Source: Anthoceros angustus (Eukaryota > Plantae > Anthocerotophyta). From it: DNA of 64,000 nucleotides. A program made the translations under genes and the position numbers. The notes below the pieces were generated by a model that had not been told where the DNA came from, searched no databases, and worked only from the letters and a program-made list of their open reading frames with translations. Location: the NCBI GenBank assembly GCA_010909165.1, contig MU008195.1:124001-188000 (forward strand), in the 5' to 3' direction. Positions 12,050 through 23,300 of this stretch are shown one piece after another (position 1 is the first letter of the stretch; each line of letters opens with the position of its first letter).

Positions 12050-14150
12050 TAGACGAGGAAATATCACAGATATGATTGACAGGTAAAAAACCGCCTAACC
12101 CCCATACAACCCAAAAGTCTCAATTTAGGCTTTCAATATTATCCAATAACATGTATAAAAATAATATATATCTGATTTTTACATCATTCTACTTCACTAA
12201 AATTTGGATTCAACAACATTTCCATCAAAAAATCTATTCGAAGATATGTTCGGAGGTCCATGCGGTCCCAGTCCGCATCTTGCGATAGTTCCAACCGGTG
12301 GGACAACTTCTCAACTAGTGATTCCATCCGTGACTCTTGATAAACGTACTTTGATGCTAACTTCAACAAACGTTTTAGCGTGTCGGTATCCGGTCTTAGA
12401 TTCAAAGTGGTTAAGCGCTTCCACTTCTCCCAATGACGGTCCATGCGGTCGATATCCGGCAGATATGGTTTACCCATCTATAGCGAACCAATACACAAAG
12501 AGAATTCAGCACATGCATAAAACATCAAAATAATAATATGAGCAAAACTAAACATACTTCCTAAGTCTGTCACAAAACTCCTTGATTTGCTAGTCACATC
12601 CAAACCAATTCCACACATGGACAAAATATATAAAATAAAAATAATAAACTGAGCAAAATTAAAACATACTACCTATATGGTCGCAAAACTCCTTGAGTTG
12701 CCAACCACATCCAAAGCAAGGTGGGGGTATGACCAAAAAGAAAGAAGAGTTGTTCTAAATTGTGATGCAGCCACACATATATACTCACCAAATCTGATCT
12801 ATTTCCGATAACGAAAGCTCATTCATCAATATATTACATTCATTACTCGCTCTCTTCACAAAAGCATAAATGTTTTAAAAACATTTTGTTTTTGCTTTTG
12901 CTTTTGTGAACAGAGCGATAAAAAACATTTTAATGGTTTTTGGTATCTCAGGATTTTTAAGTGTAGTTATTTTCAAGAAGATATTAAGTGTGCTTTACTT
13001 CAGTTTTTTTAATACTTCCAGTCAAAATATTTATGTTATAAATTTTATCATTGATAAATAATAACTTTTAATAACTTAAAGCAAACACTAACATAGAGCC
13101 AATGGTTGTGGCAACAGAGTGGAAGATGGAAAGAAACCATTGATGTGGGGGTCGGTCTCTCTCTCCTTCGTTTTATCTCTTGCCTAGCTTGGATAATGAG
13201 ATACCTTTGTCAAAGAATGCCTTTGGATAATGAGGATACCACTAATAAAAGAATGCTGAACCTAACCCCTCGATTGACAATACAGGGCGGTCTCGAAAAG
13301 CTACTACTAAGCACATGACCAATACATGGAAGTTGACCAAAAGACCTGATCATTGCATGGGAAGTTGACCCAAGCTCATTCAACGTCCTGAGAAAGTTGC
13401 CAAGGACATAATCATTATCTGGAAGCTAACCTAAGGACTTGTTCATTACATGGGAAGCAAATCTCACATGATTCAACATGTTGTCTCTAGACAAGAAATT
13501 ACCATGAAATCGAAGGCCTTACCATAGTTTAGTAGCTGGGTAACAAAAGGGAATTTGAACAAGCACCACACAATTACATTCTCTCTAAGATATCCTTCCT
13601 GGAAATTTAACTCAAACGAGAAGTTAAATGGCTCAAGTCAACTCCAACTTAAAACTCAGTAAATAAAAATATACGATCCATATCTTATGCAAGATATATT
13701 ACAAACCAAACCGTGACCAACTTGGAAAAGATGCAGGACGACAAAGACTAAAAATCAAAATATTATTTCAGATCACAAATAAAAAATTATAAAAAAAATA
13801 CAAAAGAAAACATAAAAACTCACCTCACTTAGTTGGTCTTTGCACGTTTGGGGCACACTTGTTTCCTACAACACGAAACCTTTTAGTCAGTAAGTAAATA
13901 AGTTCATGGAGTGAGACGGCAAGCTTTTGTTTTTGTTAACATGTCAAACTTTGTACCGAAGCCGAAGAAGAAGTGATAATATTAATATATATGCACAATA
14001 TGTATTATATGTACATTCTTGTGATAGTGTGATAAAAGATATAGAAATAATAAATTTTAAGAATGTAAGCCAGCATTTTGAAATATATTATGTACTTACC
14101 TATATAACTAGTATGAGGCGACACCGGATCACAGACAAGAGGGTGAGTTA
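12050..14150. other. AT-rich island with degenerate direct repeats; probable transposon remnant
   Basis: GC drops sharply relative to the flanking genes. There is an ~80-bp direct repeat (about 12529-12608 vs 12640-12719) and a degenerate ~32-bp tandem array at about 13325-13460. No transposase motif was recognised. Confidence 0.5.
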
Positions 14151-14907
14151 CGTGTAGGTATACGGTTGAGTGGGACGGTATGTGAAAGGGTTGCCCTATG
14201 TATCTCGTTTGCTCCATTTCAGTCCGAATCTTGCCGTGCTTTGTTTCATTCAGAATCCTGTCGTCCCTGTCTCGCTGAATCAATGTCTGAACTTGTGAGA
14301 ATTTGGCGGGTTACCTGTTTGGAAGCCATTGCATTGGATCCCGGCCCTCCAGAGGATTTCTGTGGCCGTGTGAGTGAAGACACGAGGAAGAGTTACAGCA
14401 CCTCCCCTGATGGCAGAGTGCTGCTTTGAGGACCACAAATGTTGTTGCGAGGCGAACGTGGATGGGACAGTGATGTAGGCGTTGGACGTTCTGGGTCTGC
14501 GTAGTATGGGGAAAAAATTCTGGATTCTGTAGCCGGATGTTAGGCCTGTGTTGCAGTTTTACCAGGAAAGCTGGCATGGCGGATACTCCGAAGGCTCTTG
14601 GTACTGTCTGCTCTGGAGGAAATCGGTGAACACCTCTCGAGGGAGTGCAATTGGGTAGAATCGTCAGGAGGTTGTGTGCTGGAGACATGGCAGAGTCCAA
14701 TGTCTATCCAGCTGACGAGATTTCGATGTGGGTGGCACTTGAGGAAGGTTGGAGGGTCTGTTCGGGAGCCAGCAATCCAGTTCTGCTAAGAGGGGTTTTC
14801 TGGCTGGGCTGGAGGCCATGGAATTTGGTGGAATATCGCACTCGAAGTGGTTGACGAGTAGAACTTTCTTGCTTCTTGTTGCGGCAGAATTCTGCAGTGC
14901 TGTTGTG

Positions 14908-17900
14908 ATGGGTCCACGGTCGAGGTCTGCTGGACAAGCTGCTACTAGAGTTCAGGGGGTATTCGAGGGGCTCGGTGAGCGAGGAGAGGTTGATGGTGAA
15001 AGGTTCAGAAGGCCAATGCAAGATGGACGAGGAAGCGGAAAGGTTGCAGCGGGAGCTCTGCGTTCTGGTGTAGGAAACCGTGCGCCGACTGACAGCGTGG
15101 AGAGGGAGAAACAGGGGGGGGATGAGACGGGGGTTGAAAGTGACACTCGTGTTTGCGGATCATTTGCAGCTGAGGCAACGGCAGCAGCTGTAGCAATGAT
15201 CGAGGAGAGCCTTATGAGGAAGACCTGCAGTGAGAGAGGGGTTCCTAGTTTGGATTCGGCTCCGAATGCAGGGGCTAAGCAGACAAGTGAAGTGCAAGAT
15301 CAGGAGGAGGAGGATATGGATGATGATGGAGATGCTGTTGACGATGAGACTGCTAAAGCTGCAGACTCTCCAGGGCTTAGACAGGTGAAGAATGCAGCTC
15401 TGCTCTCAAAGCTTGCGCCGCATAAGCTCAAGAAGAAAAGTCCTTGTCCAGATGTGCCTCTCTGTAGGCTGCGCAGTATGCAAATTGTAAGACCAATTTT
15501 GAAGCAGGAAGATGTCAATGAGGTGGCTTCAAGGTTCGCTTCTTCAGGCTACAATCGGCAAGCATGGCCCTTCTGGGTCTCTGTGATTGGGGAAGATTTG
15601 AGGGGAGCAGGGCCGTTGGAGCCAGATAAAGGAGATCAGTGGGATGATTGCTGGGAAGAGGTGGATGCCAAATTCCAAGAGGATCTGAGACAAGATGAAG
15701 AATGGAGTTTTTTGCAAGGAAAGATGCTCTGGGTCTGGGATGGAAATCACAGGCTGCAAGGCTGGCTTGAGGTGATCAGAACTCTGCACCCCAATGATCT
15801 GGATTGGCATGTTCGTGTGAAGGTGGAGGTGCTAGATGTAAATGAGAGTAATCGCATGCAAATTCTCCAAGCAGCTCATGGGCTGAATGAGTAAGCATCT
15901 TGCACGGCCATCGTTATCTGATTAGCAGTGGGTAGGTCCTGAGATGGAGAGGCAATCGTGAGAGCATGATCAGAACCTCTTTGTCGTAGGCACACCTAAA
16001 ACCCCTGTTCTGTTTCTATCATACACAGAAGAGTAATTCTGCAAATTTCCTTGCCATGGTTGTTGTGAGCAGGTTCATCGGATCTGGGCACGTGCAGACG
16101 AATGCATTGCATGAGATCTACTATGTTCAAAAGGTGGGTCTTGGACCTCTGGAACAATATGCATCTCGCCTCTCTGCCAAAGACCTGCAAGAATGCCAAA
16201 AGAAACTCCCACCTGACCAAGGAGGAACATGGTACTGTCTCACGTTGAATTCTCTGGTTGACATCCTAGCTGCAAATGACGTAATTGCTGAATCACACAA
16301 GGCTGCCTTGCGTTATGACAAATCGACTCCAGCAAACAATCAATCGGAGAAGAGTAGGGCTGAGGCTGTGGGAAAGGCTGTAGCAACTATCCGGAAGAAG
16401 ACAGGTAGTCGGCTTCTGAAATTGCTGCCTGTAGCAGATCCTCGGCTTGGTGAGGAGTGGCTGCAAGCCATCAAAGAGGGAGCGGGAAAGGGGATCTTGA
16501 AGGGGGGAGGTAAATGTAACTATAAGCTGGGCTCGGAAAAGCTTTATCACATTGCTGTGGCCAAGGTTCCGGCACATGCTAAGACTGAATGGGTCAGGCT
16601 TGGTACAGGGGATGAAGCTGAGAGATTGAGAAGAGGTTATCCAAAGCCGGTTCCCACTGAAATAGACTTCATAGAGTGGGTTGGGAGAGAGACATGGTGG
16701 TGGCAAGTGGAAGATCAGGCAGCCAGACTTGTGGCAGAGTTTGAAAACCAGGAGGTAGGGCCATTGGTAAAGCTGGCTGTGGGAACCACTGCAGCTCAGC
16801 CTCTTGGTCAGTGGTTGGAGGGCTGGAAGTGCAAGTACTACAAGCTCTTATTTGGGGAGCAGCTCAAGCGTGCAGATAAAAAGGCTTCTCTCAGCCAGCA
16901 GGAAGGTGGAGCTTTGGCAGCCAAGCGGATAGCATTCAGATATGTAAAGTATCTCTTAGATAAGGGATTTGCGGACAGGGAACCAGTTGGCCTTGCAGAG
17001 TTCAGGTCGGATGACTCAGAGCTAACCATGTATGATGATAATCAACGCCAAATCATGTCACTGTGGGAGGCAGAGAATTGCCCTTGGTGGTTGGATATGT
17101 CCAAGCCTCCTGAGGAAGAGAAGCACCTGTATGAAGACCACAAGGCGGGTCACCTGAGAGTCGCTTCCAGTGAAAGGACTCGAGAGGAAAAGGAAGTTGC
17201 AGTGCAAGCTGCGAAGGAGGCTGCTGCAAAAGCTGAGGCAAGAAGGATGCAGGAGTTGGGTCCTGTGAAGAACCTTAAGCGCAAGGCACAGAGACGGAAA
17301 CGAGAGCAATATGAAAAGGTGGAGGGTTCTCAAGGGGAGCAGTCAGATTGCAGCCAGATCCGCAAGAGGAGGAAGCCTGGCAGAACGATAAAGATACAGG
17401 CATACGTGGCCAGGGAAGCAGGAGAAGCAGCTCCAGAGGATGGAGGGGAGGGTTGGATGCAAAACAGTGATGGGCATAGGCCGTGGGGAAATTTGTTAAG
17501 ACAGGCCGACTACATGTGCCGGAACCTTCATTTACCTCAGAAACTTCCCGGGAAACATGTGGTTGCTGAAGTGGTTTGTGCTGCAGTGGATTATGTTGAG
17601 CTTGCTACGCAGCTGGAGCAGCACCAACGGGTGAAGGCTGCAAGAATTCAGGCAGAGAACAGAGGTGAAAAGGCTGCTGGGAGCAGCAATCAGTCGGGCA
17701 GGGAGCTGCCACTGCCTGCAGTATGGTTCGAGCTGGTCCACTTTCTCACCAGGAATGCAGGGGGCAGAGTTCCAAAGTGCGGGGGTATCCAGAGGAAGTG
17801 GGCAGCTGAGATGGTGCTCTGCGACGTCCCAACCGGACATCCTGTTCCTGGCTGCTCGGTCGACCTCGTCACGGTGCCCTCCTGGAACAAGTTCTCCCAT

Positions 17901-18769
17901 GAGCAGATTCCAAGGTGCATTCAGCTGGCAAGAGCAATACTGAGCGATAACGGCTGTTTGGTCATGGTAGCTCGGTCGACTGTGGACACCTGTGTTGAGA
18001 TACATCGGCATGTGCAATCAAACAAAATGAAAATTGCCAAGACATGGACAATAATACAGGAGCAACCTTTGGATCACGATCAGGGACAAGAGAAGAAGAC
18101 ATGCATGGTGCATTGCGTAGTTAGGAAGGACTGCAAGTTTGATTTCAGGCAACTTGTCCGCCCTATGGACCCTGATTTTGACCCCGTTACCACGGATATC
18201 TTGAGAAGTTTGGTGCCTCCGTGGGACTACACCAAGAGGAGAGAAACAGAAGGAGCACCACAATTCTTGTGGCGGGGAGGCAGAGAGAAGGCTCAATCTC
18301 TGTGGCAGCAACTGATCGAGTGTTGCACACTGGAGGGAGACCGAGTTGTTGACTTCACAGCAGGAACAGGCAAGCCGCAGTCAGACTGTGTATGTTGCAG
18401 CAGTTGATACAGAGCAGCTTTCTCACACACTCTTCTGGTGCAGGAGGGGCCATGATCGCTGCAGAGATCAGCGGTCGACACCTTTATGCCATGGAGCGTG
18501 ATGAGGAGTTAGTGCAGGAAGTCCTGTTTCACTTGCAGAGACGGCCGCAGGAGATGCTGCCTGGTCCCTCTTCCCCGTCTTCTGGTTCCGAGGTGTCCAG
18601 GCCGTATGTTTTGGACCCTTCTGTAAGAGTAATCCTAAACTGCAACCCAACTTCTCATCAGAATCCTCTCTTCCACGTTCCACCTCGTCTCTCATACTTG
18701 TCTTTCCCGTGCAGTATTTTTGAAGCTAGGAGAGTGAAGAATGCAAGCGACCATAGACACCAGTCTTGA
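14908..18769 (+). CDS. ParB/sulfiredoxin-like domain fused to a beta-class DNA amino-methyltransferase (N6-adenine/N4-cytosine family), ~1,160-1,200 aa, spliced
   Basis: Exons 14908-15890, 16073-18369 and 18444-18769 sum to 3606 nt in one frame; an optional in-frame intron lies at 18604-18714. ParB-like motifs: VPLCRLRSMQIVRPI and WVWDGNHRL (15739-15753). MTase motifs: VLCDVPTG (motif IV position, 17823-17834), then EKAQSLWQQLIECCTLEGDRVVDFTAGTGGAMIAAEISGRHLYAMERDEE (motifs X, I and II). An upstream ATG at 14818 is an alternative start. Confidence 0.82.
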
Positions 18770-19114
18770 CACTACGTGGCTCCTTGTGTATAGTACAAAG
18801 TCAAGCCCTCAATTCTTGCGCAGAGCCGAGAGGCGGTGAGAGCTCACAATAAAGTCCCAAGCCCATCAACGGCTCTTGGCGTCTGCACGGCTTCCGAAGC
18901 CAGAATTTCTTCACACATGACAAGACGGCCCTCTTTCACAGCATGTCTGATTAGAAGATCGACCGGAGCATAGTCACGTTGATAAAAGCTTCCCCAGCCT
19001 CCAAAGAGGCGGGAGACTGTGTTCTCGTCGTGTCCCGGTGCCGGCACTGTATGAAAGAAGCCGGTACAGCGCTGAAACAAAGTTGGTATGCAGAACGACA
19101 AACTTGAGGATGTA

Positions 19115-20095
19115 TCATCTTGGAGTGACCCTTCGCCGTGGTCTCAGTGTCTCCCGTCTCAAAAACTCCTTCTCCAGGTCATTCAGTGGCCGTTGCGTAC
19201 CATCCGGCAAGGCTATGAAGCGCCTTCCCCCCCCGTGCTTTCCTCTTTTCCCCTCTGAGCCAAGCTCCTCCACCACATAGCTCCACCCTTCAGCCGGCCT
19301 CCGGCGAGACAGCATACCGGTCTTAACAACTCCAGAAATCTAAAACCAAAGCCGGACATTCTCAGTCTACCATCCAAAACACCACCCACACACATTGCTC
19401 ATCACTCCACTCTGATCCCCTAACATCACAAACGAAAACACACTTACAATCTTCTTATTGAAGCTCATCCGCTGCTCGAACTCCTCCACCAGCATCTGCT
19501 CCTCCTTAGACAAAACCGCTCCTTGCTGCTGCTGCTCCACCCCCCCTCCTACAGCTGCAGCTGCCCCCCAGTCCTGCACAGCGCCATACCGCTCCCCGTC
19601 CCCGAAATCGTGCGAGCTGGCAGGCCATGGCAACACAAACACATCAGCTGCAGCTGCAACCTCAAACCCCCGGGACGCACATGCCCACATTCCCACGCAC
19701 ACTCACCCGTGGATCTCCGCAAATTCCTTCTCCAACGCATCGTCAAGGGGCGCGCCGCTGGCAGCCTCCGCCCGCTTCTCCCCTTCCTTGAGCCACAGTA
19801 TGGCGTGCACCCGCTGCCTGGACACCCGGAACTCCGCCGCCAGCCTCTCCACAGTGCTCGGCCCCGGATTGTCCGAATGCGTCCTCCAAATCGTCTCCTT
19901 GCTCTTGTCCGACAAGCAAGCCGCCTTCAAATCGGGCTCAATCCCGTTGAAGTTGTAGATCATCGGCCTCTCCACATCCGCATCAGCATTTCCCACGATC
20001 GATCGAGCTCCCGCTCCCGCTCCAGCTCCAGCTCCAGCTCCAATTGAAACCCTAGCTCGCAGCAGCGCGCCGGCCGCGCGCCCGAGACGCAGCAT
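19115..20095 (-). CDS. Mitochondrial small-subunit ribosomal protein mS45 (Bot1p-like), multi-exon
   Basis: Arg/Ala/Gly-rich presequence MLRLGRAAGALLRAR, then VERLAAEFRVSRQRVHAILWLKE, EEFEQRMSFNKK and a last exon SRRRPAEGWSYVVEELG...PDGTQRPLNDLEK, matching the plant mS45 pattern as I recall it. Confidence 0.8.
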
Positions 20096-20377
20096 GAGCG
20101 AGGCTCGCTCCTCTCCACCCCGTCCCTCCAAACTCGCGCGCGGAGTTGGAGTTGGAGGTGGCGATGGCGGATTCTAGGGCTCCGCGTCCGTGCGCCAGTC
20201 CGTTGGTCCGGACACCGGACTCCGTTCTTCCCTCGCTTTTCCAAGACACGGCTCACGCGTCTCGAGTCGCGTCGCATTCGTGTTCGCGTCTCATCTTGCC
20301 GTTCGCCTGCTGCTTGCTGTCGGTTTGTAGAGAAGGGAATCGAGGTTCAGGCGATGGCAGTGTGAAGGCGGCCGGGC

Positions 20378-23300
20378 ATGGCGAGAGACGCCTTCTCGTC
20401 CCCGAAGCGCAGGCTCCCCGTGAGCCCGGGGCTATGGCGGGCAGGTGGTTCCCAGCCGAAGCGTCTTGATTTTGTGAGCGGTAACGCAATCGCGGGCTCG
20501 AGCAGCTCCTTTGACGAGCTTGACGATCCGCTCAGGAACGCGCGCAAGAGCAGGCCTAGGCCGGGTCCGGGTCCGCAATCGGACGACTCGGACGACGACG
20601 TCGTGCTTGTCGCGAGGCCTCCCGCCCAGGTCACCAAGAAGGCCAGGGTCGGAGCCCGGGCTCTCCCGGCTGCGGATGCCGGGGGCCTGCATGCAAGCCA
20701 TGCCGACCCCGGGCTGCCGCCTCCTTCCAGAAAGCTTCCCGGCCATGGCGCTGCCAGGAAAATGCAGCAGGGTTCCAAGCTTAGCTTCGGGTCCAGCCAT
20801 AGCTGGGAGCGGCAATTGGGCGTTGGGGGAGGGCAGGGGCGGAGGTGGGAGGAGGGGTATGCAGGTGGGTCGGAGAGCGAGGAGGAGGAGGGGCCTCTTT
20901 CTCGGGAGCAGGGGGCGGGTTCCGGTGGTTTGGGAGGAAGGGATAGTGACTACGAGGACTATCTGTCGGAAAGAAAGGATGGTCAGGTGAAGGGGAGCCT
21001 GCTGGGCAGAAGCTCGGGGCATGCTGGGCAGCAGAGGAGTTCTTGGGGACGGGAACCTGCTGGGGAGGAGAGGATGGTGAGGGTGGAGCAGGGGAGGACC
21101 AGTAGTAGGGGGTCTGGGAGGATGGAGGGGAGAGGGGCGGGGTTGAGGGATATGAATGGGGAGAGCCGGCCTCCTCCCCCGAAGATGGTGGGGCTTGGGA
21201 GGCGGGATGTGGAGGGCGAGGAGGGGGCTGGGACTGTTGGAAGGCTGGTTGGGAGGCGGGAGATGGAGGATGAGAGCTTCGATGTCTTTTCTGAGCCGTG
21301 TGGGTCTGCCAGGAAGGGGCAAAAAGGGAGGAGAAGGAGGAGAGGCTGCAAGATATTGAACAGTGACAGCGATGATGACGATGTTCGTCCTCTTCCTCCC
21401 CCGAAGCTGCTGGCTACTGCGAACAGAGTGCTGCAGCAGAGGACAAGGCAGGACAGCGAGAGTAATGATGATGCCAAGCAGGGTTTTGTGGAGCAGCAGG
21501 GAAGGGCTCAAGTGGGCGTGAAGAGAGTAGGGAGGCCTCCCAGGAGGCGAGCTCTCAAGTCTTTGAAGGTGGGAGAATGGATTATTCGTCCTTTGCAGTA
21601 TGTGTACCTGCGGGCAGATCCGTCATCCAACTTCGAGTCGGATGAGGAGGTTGAGGACTGTCGCATTTGTGGGGAAGTGGATCTTGAGGCAAAGTTGGAG
21701 TGCGATGACTGCTTGGGTGGGTTTCACTTAGGGTGCTTGAATCCGCCTCTGAAGGAAGTGCCTGAGGGTGACTGGTTTTGCCCGCATTGCAAAAGACGTC
21801 GGAATGGGGAGGCAGTGGATGTGCCTGGCACAGCGGCCATGAACCGCCGTCGTACGGCCCGTGAACGGCTGCTTGCCAAGGAGTTGTCGGCTGTGCGCAT
21901 CTTGAAGTAAGCTTGAGTTTCATACGTTGCTGGTTTTGACTTTGATGTGCATCTAGGCTAGCTTGATCTCAATCACTTTCTGGAAATGTGCAGGATTTGG
22001 AAGGAACCGAATGGGAGTTCATGGTTTTCTGGGCAACGCTATCTTATACCCGAAGATACTCGGCATGGCAGACAGCCTGGGCATGGAAGGCGTGAACTTT
22101 TTCGCACGAATCGTATCAAAGAGTATGAGGTGCTGCTGCTGTGATTTGTAGCTTTGAAGAACTGCACGTAGGACTGCAATTCCTGTTTGTTCTCTTCTCT
22201 GGTGGGACTATTGAATGCAAGAATGATCTTGACAGCTACCTGTGACCTTTCTCTTGCAGACTAAAAACATTCTTCGGGAGTGTTTCATTACATCTTTTGC
22301 GGAGTTCATGTCACAAACAGATGGTGGTGACGACTGTTTCTTTTGTGCACAACAGTATGATGAGGAGTCCCATACCTTCAAGCCAGTGGAAGATATGGAC
22401 GACTTAGAGGATGGTGTGGCAAGTCCTGTGGAATTCGAGTTTTTGGAAGAGGAGGATGACTCAGACGATGTCCCTCGGAAACGTGGCTGTAGGCCAAAGA
22501 GAAAACCAGTAATAGACAAGGACGACTCAGATAATGGCCCTCCCAGGCGTGGTAGACCGAAGAAGAAACAAGGGGTGGCTGGAAGGAAACCAGGAAGCAG
22601 AACTCAAGGGAAAGCTAGGGAACCGAAGAATGGAAGCAAAACTTTGTCTACACCTGGAAAATCCGTCACACAGAAAGTCCAAGTCAGTGTTAAATCTGTG
22701 GTGAGCATCAGATCTTTTGTTGTACTTCACCTCCTGTCCGTTTGCATCTTTTTTCTTGTTGGTGAGTATTGAGGTTTCTGCTCCTGTACAAAACAAGCAG
22801 ATGAGCGCATATGAATGTGGGATGGGTGGGGCTCCAAAACAAATTCCACAAAGAGACGTTGAGGTCAATTTCAAAAAGGCAATTGATGCCCTCGATCTTG
22901 CTCCAGCTTCCCTGTCATGCAGAGAAAAGTACTACTTCACCCTTACGTTTTCATGAAATGGTCTAGACGTTAAACCAGATGGCGTTGCGCATCTTATTCT
23001 CTTCTGATTGAGGTCATCTACAGGGAAAGGGATGAAATTGAAAAATTTCTGAAGGATGCATTTGCTAAGGACAAGTGTCTGGGACGTTCTCTTTACATTA
23101 GTGGTATCCCTGGGACTGGCAAGGTGAGTCTTGAAGCTTCATTCCCTTCAATTTCTATACTTTGACAAGTAGGCTCTGCTGGTTTTCATGGGATTCCAGT
23201 TGCTGATGCCTCAAATTATGTTTCACATCCCAGACAGCGTTAGTCATGGAGGTCATCAGGGAGATGAAGAAGAGTACTGATCTTGCCTTTGTAAATATCA

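Noticed and set aside
15200-17500. CpG depletion in the ParB-MTase gene as a sign of TE-like silencing or self-methylation
   Set aside because: EBM and the 3' part of the KH gene look similarly CpG-poor by eye, so the signal is not specific without a computed observed/expected ratio.
18844-19101. 85-aa ORF between the convergent MTase and mS45 genes
   Set aside because: No recognisable motif; lies where both 3' UTRs are expected.
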